Of a stretch of DNA of 64,000 bases, positions 56,166-64,000 are shown piece by piece (within the stretch, counting starts at the first letter, position 1; each line of letters begins with the position of its first letter). The stretch is from Octopus vulgaris (lineage: Eukaryota): the NCBI GenBank assembly GCA_951406725.2, contig OX597816.1, positions 157,294,001 to 157,358,000 on the forward strand. The letters run 5' to 3'. Both the position numbers and the translations under genes were made by a program. The notes under the pieces are model-generated. The model ran no database searches and was not told the origin of the DNA. It saw only the letters and a program-made list of their open reading frames with translations.

Positions 56166-56855
56166 TCTTTATATATATAAAACTTAAAATGTGTGTATGT
56201 CTGTCTGTTTCCCTAAAATTTGAGAACTACACAACCAATTTCATTCAAATTTTACACATGCCTTACTTAGGGTCCGGGGAGTGTCATCGGCAAAAAATTT
56301 TTTTACCTTTTTGCCTAGGACGAGCCAACAGCAATATTATATCTTCTCCATTACGATTCCCTAAAACTTGAGAACTATTTTGAACTTTTTGCCTAGGGCG
56401 AGCGCACAGCAATATCATATCTTCTCCACTACGATTCCCTAAAACTTGAGAACTACACAACCAATTCCATTCAAATTTTACACATGCCGTACTTAGGGTC
56501 CATGTAGTTTCATGGGCAAAAAAAATGTTCAACTTCTTGCCTAGAGCGAGCCCATAGCAATATCATATCTTCTCCACTATTTCAGTATTACGTGTTAAAA
56601 GTGAAACAAAAACGTTTCTCTATTTTATGTCAGATACTTTCACTTTAACAATAAAAATAATAATAACAATTGAATTATATGTAGTAAGTAATAATTTAAA
56701 TCAAACTAAAGTAACATAACAAAAGTAAAAATAGCAATTGGTATAAAGTTGCATCAATGATTTGAACTTGAATAAGTGGTTTCACATGAATGGGAATAAA
56801 TTAAAAATAAAATTAGCGTGCAGAATTCGAATAGTCCAGATGAATAATAAAAAAT
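56166..56855 (+). mobile_element. Helitron-like 5' portion with internal tandem duplications
   Basis: A|TCTTTATATATATAAAA...tgtgtgtatgtctgtctg start like 55463; repeated ccctaaaacttgagaactac and agcaatatcatatcttctcca units; no 3' end seen. Confidence 0.6.
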
Positions 56856-56861
56856 TAAATT

Positions 56862-56909
56862 CAAGAAAAGACTATTGTCTATAAAGTATACAATGTAGAG
56901 AAAAAAGGT
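56862..56909 (+). mobile_element. Upstream piece of host Tx1-like ORF1 (element C)
   Basis: QEKTIVYKVYNVEKKG parallels RRTIKYKVFMNGGRK (element A) and KKRIIYKTYDTTTK (element B); only 16 codons. Confidence 0.55.
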
Positions 56910-58587
56910 CGCGTTTTTTTGCGCTCAGTAAAATTCGGTTAAAAAAGAAAAAAGAACAAAAAGTGAATTGTGGTTGCGGAATTGGAACGTCGGTTGGTGC
57001 GGTTTCGCGTCGCACTGGTTCTGTGCGTCGCACGTTTTCTGTTCGGGAGGCCGTTTTTCGGTCTGAGGCGACTATGAGCCGCCTCTACCAAACGGATGAG
57101 ATGGAAGGGAGAAATTTCTCTGAAAATTCGTCGACATCTGAGAAGGAGTTGGCGGTGAAAAAAATGGAAAGCACCTACGCAGGTATAACGAAGAAGTCAA
57201 CAGAAAAAGAGATAGACCTGGCTAAGTTGACGGACTTCCAGGAGTTCATGAAGGAGGAGGAGAACGGAGAGGTTGAGCTGTTGCCTCTAGCAGCGCGCGG
57301 AGACTGGTTCTATCGTAGAACCATTAAATATAAAGTATTTATGAATGGAGGTCGAAAAATGGAAGTGATTAACATGGAAGCAATTGAAGAGGCTTTCAAA
57401 CAGACAGGAGAAGAAATTGTGTACATGACAAAAGGATTAGAATATGGAACCATAACGGTACAATTTAAAAGTGAGAAAGCAGCCAGGAATATAGCAGCCA
57501 AGGTGGTGAGTACAGAAAAGTTTTACTTGTTCCCTTCGTATTTGAATAGAAGGACCACCAGAATTAGGGTGGAAGGAATACCTCCACACCTAGAGGGCGA
57601 ATTAATAACGGCTGCGGTTATCAAAGGAAATGAAGATAAAGTGGACATCCTCCACGCCATTATGAAATATGAAGGCGTGAGAGGTGCCACACTAGTAATG
57701 AACATACAGACGGAGGCGGAAGTTATAGAAAAGCTTACGGACAGTATAAAAACTGGAAATATTATTATGAGAGTGTGGGTGGAGGGTAGGGCGCCCAGGT
57801 GCTACAAGTGTGGCCTGAGGGGTCACATAAGAGCCTACTGCCCTCCCCCACCAAAGGAAAAAGAAAAGGAAATCGTCGCGGAAGCCCCAAAAGAGGAAGA
57901 AACCAAAGAGAACCAAAGGGAAAAAGAAACGACAGAAGAAGAGGAGATGCAACAAGAGTGGGAAGAAGGAAGAAAAAAGAGAAAAAGAAAGAAAAAGAAA
58001 AACTGTGCGAAGCCCCAACCCACCCCAACACCACCCGCACCCTCTGAATCCCACCCTTCCCCCGCAGACAGTGAACCCACCCGCTCCCCTCCAACAAGAA
58101 AACAAAAGAAAAAATAATAATACAGACAGACAAGAGTTTGAAAACGAACCCAGGCCGAACATTTATATTGTGACTGAACAGAAAGAGGTTGAAAGGGTAA
58201 TGGAGGAGTATGAATGGTATGAAATGGATGGGACCAGATATGCAGTGCTGGAAAAGAAGAATATAGATGAGTTTGTGTTGAGGTGTGAAAGGGAGAATTG
58301 GGAGGTGAAAGATACAAGAATGAGCGATGAATTCGTGGAATATATGGAGGACAGTTTCGGAGTAAGAATGGATATGGATGGTCTTCGTATTGGGAATGAA
58401 CATTCAGGTGACAGTGAAAACAAAAGGACAGGTAAGTGATGCTGGCGGAGGGGGCCGTTAGCATCGCTTTCATATTATCATTTTTTCATTTTCATTTGCT
58501 CATAAATTTAATCATATTGTTCTATGTCCCCCATGTTTTGTTATGTCCGCCATTCTTCGTAGCCCCTGGTGGGTAATAAAGAAATAA
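56910..58587 (+). mobile_element. ORF1-only (HAL1-like) Tx1/L1-clade element A
   Basis: T-rich 5' end, ORF1, about 150-nt 3' UTR, then the same terminal motif as element B; no ORF2. Confidence 0.8.
57074..58439 (+). CDS. ORF1 nucleic-acid-binding protein with CCHC knuckle (one frameshift near 58110)
   Basis: RRM-like YGTITVQFKS, IRVEGIPP, VEGRAPRCYKCGLRGHIRAYC, charged tail; frameshift in an A-run. Confidence 0.8.
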
Positions 58588-58813
58588 CATGGAGGAAATC
58601 AATTTTTTGCGTTATTAGTAAGTTGATATATATTTTGCTCTCGTACTATTATCTCTGTTATTATATACTGTTGGTCTACCTGTTTTGTCTATTGTTGTCT
58701 AACTGACGAAGTCAGCCTTCGCGCGAAGACTTCGCGTTGGTGTTCCCCCTCCGTGGGGGAAAACTACAATTAATTTGGATTTACCAAAGGCTTGTTAAAG
58801 CCATTTGTTCAAG

Positions 58814-60198
58814 ATGGAGTCCCCCATCTCTTATTCGCCCGTGACGAGCGAGGATGAATACCCGGCGTTGTCGCCAAGAAAAAAAGAGGCGTTGTCGCCA
58901 AGAAAAAAAGAGGCGTTGTCGCCGAAGAAAAAAGAGGCGGCGTCGCCCAAGAAAATGGAAAAACCAGTACCAGCATCAACTCCAGCGAAAAAATTCGCTG
59001 AAGTGGCTGGGAAAAAGATTAAAAAAATAAATATAGAAAATTTGGAAAAATTTGCAGACTGTGTAAAAAAAGAGGGCACAGAAGTGACTGTGGCCACAAA
59101 CATACAAAAACATGACGATATAGAAAAAAAAAGAATAATATATAAAACTTACGACACAACGACAAAAATGATCCAAAAAATCGAAGAAAAAAATAGAGTT
59201 TTGTCTAAAACCTTTAATGGATAAAATAACGTATATAAACAGAGGAAAAAGATACGGCACAGTGGAGGTGCGTTTTACTACGGAGGAGATAGCGAAAAAA
59301 CTATCGATGGAGCCGATCAAAGCAGAAAACATTGTCTTACTACCATTGTATAAAGGAAAAAGGACGTCGAAAATTTCAATGAACAACATACCGCCAGAGG
59401 CAGATGCAGAATGTCTGGTGGCAGCAGTGATGGTAGGCCTGGAGGAAAAAATAAACATCCTCCAGGCCACAGTGGAGGAAGAGGAGTTTTGGAAAGGGCA
59501 GAAAATAGTGATAGCCATTCAGGCGGAGGTGCAAACACTGGAAGAAATTCCAGAAACGGTAAAGATTAGTGAAGACGAGAAAATAACAGTTTTCGTGGAG
59601 GGCAGGAAGCCGAGGTGCTTCGGCTGCGGCAAGAAGGGTCATGTAAGGGCGGAATGCTAACCCCAACCCAAACCGCAGGAAGCACCTAAGCCAAAAGAAA
59701 AAGAAGATAATGTGTCACCAGAAGCAGCGTCGGACGGCCCAGAAGGGAAGACTGAAGGTGTGGAGGTGACGGTGACAGCAGAACCAGCGGCGGAGGAAAA
59801 AAAGAGCGAGGAAAAGATAAATGAGGAGGGGTGGGCAAAAATTACCGGAAAAAAAAAAGAAAAACGGAAACCACCCCTCCCAGAGTAATTTTAAAAAGAA
59901 AAGAGAGTCAATGAACTCGTATATGGCCGTAAAGGCAGCAAATAGCAGACTCGGAAACGTGTTGGCAGCCATGGCCAAAGTGGAGAAAGTAGTGAAAAAA
60001 AACGACTTTGTAATTTACAGAATAGGCCGGAAGGATTACGGGCGGATAAAGTCAGAATTCTTCCATGACGTAGGCCCACTTAGATTGGATGTGACATCTC
60101 CACATATATTCGAGGGCCTACGTCAGACTCCCCACGAGGCCCAGAAAAAGAGTTAGAAGAACAAGAGAAAACCGAACCACTGATATAAAGGTAAGTAA
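58814..60198 (+). pseudogene. Element B ORF1, broken by frameshifts and a stop
   Basis: Pieces 58805-59224, 59217-59660, 59821-60156; YGTVEVRF, NIPP, VEGRKPRCFGCGKKGHVRAEC; N-terminal ALSPRKKE repeats. Confidence 0.85.
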
Positions 60199-63100
60199 TG
60201 GATTACATTTATGTTGGTTGTTTGAATGTGCGCGGCCTGGGAGCAGGCTGGAAGCAAGGTCGCTTCCTGCATGATATCAGGTCGCGTAATTTAGATGTTA
60301 TTGTTGCTACAGAAACCCGGTTAGAGGGGCCAAGAGGTCTACTCCCGCTGTTTGACGGCTACGAGAGTTTTTTCTCTCCTGGCAGTCCTACAGGCGGGAG
60401 TGGGGTGTTGGTCCTATTAAAAAGAAACCGGGTTTCTGAGAAAAAGTTAATTTTTGCAGATCCAGAAGGTAGGCTGGTCGTCATGGATTTGACGTTCAGT
60501 AATGGTAAAGTTATCAGACTGGTTGCAATTTACGCACCCAACCATACAGGGCAAAGTGATTATTTTCGTGAACTAGAAAACTTTCTTGGTACTTCGCATT
60601 CATTAGTGGTGCTAGGAGACTTTAACACAATTTGCAAAGCGGATGTAGATTGTGTTGGCTCGCGTCCAGATAGAAAAGGCAACAGTGGCTTCATGGAACT
60701 GCTAAGCCGCTTTGAGCTAGCAGATCCTTATAGGCTGGAATTTCCGAACGCTCCATTGTGGACATGGTCAAACAGCGACGGATCTTCCAGGTCATATTTA
60801 GATAGAATACTAATTAGAAAAGTAGACAGTAAAATAGCTAAGTGTCCACAGTTTTACCCGATCAGCTACAGTGATCATAAAATGGTCACTTGTAAGCTTG
60901 ACATAGATAAGGTTAAAAATAGAGGATCCGGTTACTGGAAACTTAATACGTCCCTTTTGGCGATTAAGGAGTACAAAGACCGGATTAGGAATATAATTCA
61001 GAGGGCACTATCTGGTACCATCATTAATAACAAATGGTGGTACGCCCTCAAACGAGCCATCAAGTTTGAGTCTATTAGATATAGCATAGGAGTAGTGGCT
61101 AGAGAGGCTAGAAGGGAAACTACTCTAGTTAAGGAATTAGAGGAAGCCATGAAAACTGGCTCTGCGGCTCAGGTGGCGTCCAAGAGACTGGTGTTAAACC
61201 AGCACCTCGAGGCCAAACACATGGGCTGCATTGTCAGGGCTAGACTCCGCCATATGGGATGTGAAGGAATCAACGCCGTGAGATGGGCCCGAGTGGTGGA
61301 AGCTCAGCATGGTAACGATGCCACGATTCGATCTTTGACGAACCAACAAGGTGAGTTGATAAACGAACCCGAGGAGATGTGTGAGGCCTTTCAGGAGCAC
61401 TTCGCTCAGCTTTTCGGTGAGTGCGGCGGACTGGATAGGAGGAGGGCCTTTACGGACCTACTCGACGGGCTGCCGCGCTTATCGGGGCGAGATGCGGAGG
61501 GCTGTGAAGGGCCAACCACGCCTGAGGAGGTGGTTGAGGCAATGGCGGACTGCGGCGCGAGCAAGGCGCCGGGTTTGGATGGTCTACCCTATGAGTTATA
61601 TAAGAGTATGCCAGACTTGTTCGGGCACCTACTGGCGGAGGTCTATGCGAACTGGCAGCAGAACGGGCTTATACCCAGATCTGTGCGCCGGGGAGTAGTG
61701 ACTCTCGTCAGAAAGGACCCGAGCAAGGGGGAGTGCATTGATAATTTCAGGCCCATCACTCTGCTAAACACAGAGTTGAAGATTTTGGCCAAAGTGTTAT
61801 CGAAAAGATTGGCGCGTGTCGCGGATGGTCTGATCGGAGAGGCACAGACATGTGCCGTTCCGGGCAGATCCATACAGGATAATCTCCATCTAATGCGGTA
61901 CACTATAGAGGGGTTTAATAGTGATTCTGGCAAGGGTGGGGCACTGGTCCATTTAGACCAATCTAAAGCTTTTGATAGGGTCGACCATCGTTACCTGGTA
62001 TCTGCCCTGGCACAGTTCGGGCTGAGCCTTGGCTTCCTCAGGTGGATTATCCAAATTTATGATAACATCGACTCGGTAGTTCGGGTGAACGGCTTCTTGT
62101 CGAAGCCGTTCAAAATCAAACGCTCGGTTCGTCAAGGGTGTCCGCTCTCCCCGCTTTTGTACGTGATGGCTCTTGAGCCATTACTGCGAAAACTGAGCGG
62201 CATCCCGAGACAGCCAGGTAATGGAAAATCAGTGTCAGCGTACGCGGATTACATCACCATCATCGTAACCGAAATGGACCACCTATGTAAAGTAGGCAAA
62301 GCCATAGAGGTTTACGAGACGGTGACAGGAGCAAAAGTTAATCGCGAAAAGTCAGTCGGCTTGCAACTCGGCACCTGGAGAGGCAAGTCGATGCCTCCTG
62401 ACAGCGTCGTGGGACGTTGGACGGAGGGTCCGATTAAACTGCTAGGGGTCTTGTTCGGTCCAGACCTCCAAATAGAGAAGAATTGGGGCGAGGTAACGAG
62501 CAAGGTGGCTGCAGTAGCCAAGACCTGGTCTTGGCGGTGGTTTTGCCTTGAAAGGGAGGGCGGAGGTGGCCAATGTGTTTATCGCATCGGTTATCACCTA
62601 CCGCCTTTCCGTCGTTCCTTGCCCTGATTCGTGGTTGATCAAGTTGGAAAGACAGCTCTTCTACTTCTTGTGGAAGGGCGGGAAACCACTTGTGAAACGC
62701 TCTACTTGCTGTCAACAACCGTTAAAGGGTGGGCTAGGGATGCCTTGGCTGATGATGCGCAGACATGCGCTGAGGTTAAGACATCTGTGGCTCTACCTGG
62801 ATGGTGAACGGGTGTGGTCTTCGCTAGCAAAACTGATGTTTCCCAAGTTCACTAGTTTCGGTGGATGGGAAACCTGGCTGAATCGTAGATCGAAACTTGG
62901 TACTTGGTACACGGAGTGTCGCAAGGCTCTCCTGCTATTCCGTCGCTCGGGCAACGCCTGCGGTGGGGGTTCCACCACATTCTTCTATAGAGGGTTGGTA
63001 GAGGCGGAATGTGAAGATACCTTGGGGGAAACCCTGGGTCTCGACGATAATCAGCTGGCCAGTTTGTTCCGACGTACGTTCAAGCCGAGGACACTGGACA

Positions 63101-63594
63101 ACTTCCAGAAGTCTCTGGCATGGCAATGCTACAGAGGAGCTCTACCTGTTCGGGATAAACTCGCAAGGCACGGTGGCCAAGACAGTCCGATATGTCCAAG
63201 ATGCGGGTGGGATAGGGAAACCGTCCCGCACGCTATTGTTCATTGTCCGGACGTGTCTGAGGTGTGGGTTTATGCCGAACAGCTGTTGTCAGGTACACGA
63301 AGAGTACAGCTGTCGACTGAGTCGATTACAAAAATTGACCCACCGGATTTCCTCGTGAATGAAGGTAAGTTTCGTTTTCTCGTTGTAGTAGCAATTGCGA
63401 AAGAGGTGATATGGAAGACGAGAATGAAAGGTTTACAGTCAGGCAAGTTCATCTCCGGCCCTGGTTTGATGAATTATTTCATCTTTCACCTGAAAAGGAA
63501 GATAGGGCTGGAGAGAATATGCCTGACTAGGAGAGTGTATGAAGAACGATGGAAGGATGTAGCACGAAAGTTGCGAGTGAAAGATACAACATAA
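60198..63594 (+). pseudogene. Element B ORF2: APE endonuclease, RT and C-terminal CCHC; frameshift near 62545, YADD changed to YADY
   Basis: LNVRGL, IYAPN, GDFN, SYLDR, SDH, YWKLN, APGLDGLP, FRPITLLN, LDQSKAFDRV, VRQGCPLSP, KGGLG, CPRC...ETVPHAIVHC. Confidence 0.92.
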
Positions 63595-63838
63595 ATGTAA
63601 TATCAAGCGCAACCAAAAGTATCAGTGGGGAGGCGGGGCTCGTGGGATCCGAGCTAAACCCGCACCCACTCCACCCGTAATGTCTTCCGGTCTGTCCCAT
63701 CATTCGATTTCTGTCCATTTATTGTAATTCATGAAAATTTTTAAATTCGATTTATTGCAAAAACCCATTCGTGTGTCTGACCCCATCATCAGATTGTATT
63801 GTCCCATCTATGTAGCCCCTTGTGGGTAATAATAAAAC

Positions 63839-64000
63839 AACATGGAGGAAAGCACCTTCGAAAAGTGTCTTGGTGCGACTATGAAAGGTATCTAATCAGA
63901 GGCGGTAAATTCGCCACAATAGAAGCAAGGTTCGAGTCAACGGAGCGTGCAAGGGAGTACTCGACTCGAACTTGCAAAGTGGAAATATTTTATTTTTACC
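63839..64000 (+). mobile_element. Downstream piece of host Tx1-like ORF1 (element C), runs off the window
   Basis: NMEESTFEKCLGATMK then, frameshifted, YLIRGGKFATIEARFESTERAREY, matching YINRGKRYGTVEVRFTTEEIAKKL of element B. Confidence 0.75.

Larger units (their letters stand above)
58599..63838 (+). mobile_element. Near full-length Tx1/L1-clade non-LTR retrotransposon (element B) with 13-bp flanking direct repeat
   Basis: AACATGGAGGAAA at 58586-58598 and 63839-63851; ORF1, ORF2 and 3' UTR present. Confidence 0.92.

Noticed and set aside
58586-58598. Tx1 target as a U2 snRNA, 5S or tRNA fragment
   Set aside because: No resemblance to those RNAs as I recall them; the downstream flank translates as ORF1.
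58703-58760. Hammerhead in element B 5' UTR (ctgacga...)
   Set aside because: Hairpins are present but no properly placed GAAA and stem I.

Overview
AT-rich, microsatellite-saturated metazoan DNA. The repeat families resemble those I recall from Octopus, so a coleoid cephalopod is inferred but not verified. Almost all ORF-track entries are translated (TA)n/(CA)n/(GA)n/trinucleotide repeats. Host gene content is two minus-strand exons (52439-52572, 47565-47720) of a trypsin-fold (S1) protein whose catalytic Ser195 is replaced by Glu. Mobile elements include tRNA-derived SINEs, Penelope-like remnants with hammerhead ribozyme motifs, CR1/L2-group LINEs inserted in (TA)n (two with intact RT frames, head-to-head), an R4/Dong-type element in (TAA)n, RTE, mariner/Tc1, Chapaev3-like and Helitron remnants. 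Most notable: (1) at 56.9-64 kb an ORF1-only element and a near full-length Tx1/L1-clade element are inserted in tandem at one site inside ORF1 of a third related element, and their 3' tail is shared with the commonest SINE in the window; (2) at 21.6-23.1 kb a tRNA-headed SINE carrying a Penelope-type hammerhead sits as an inverted pair between 12-bp direct repeats. All alignments were made by eye.
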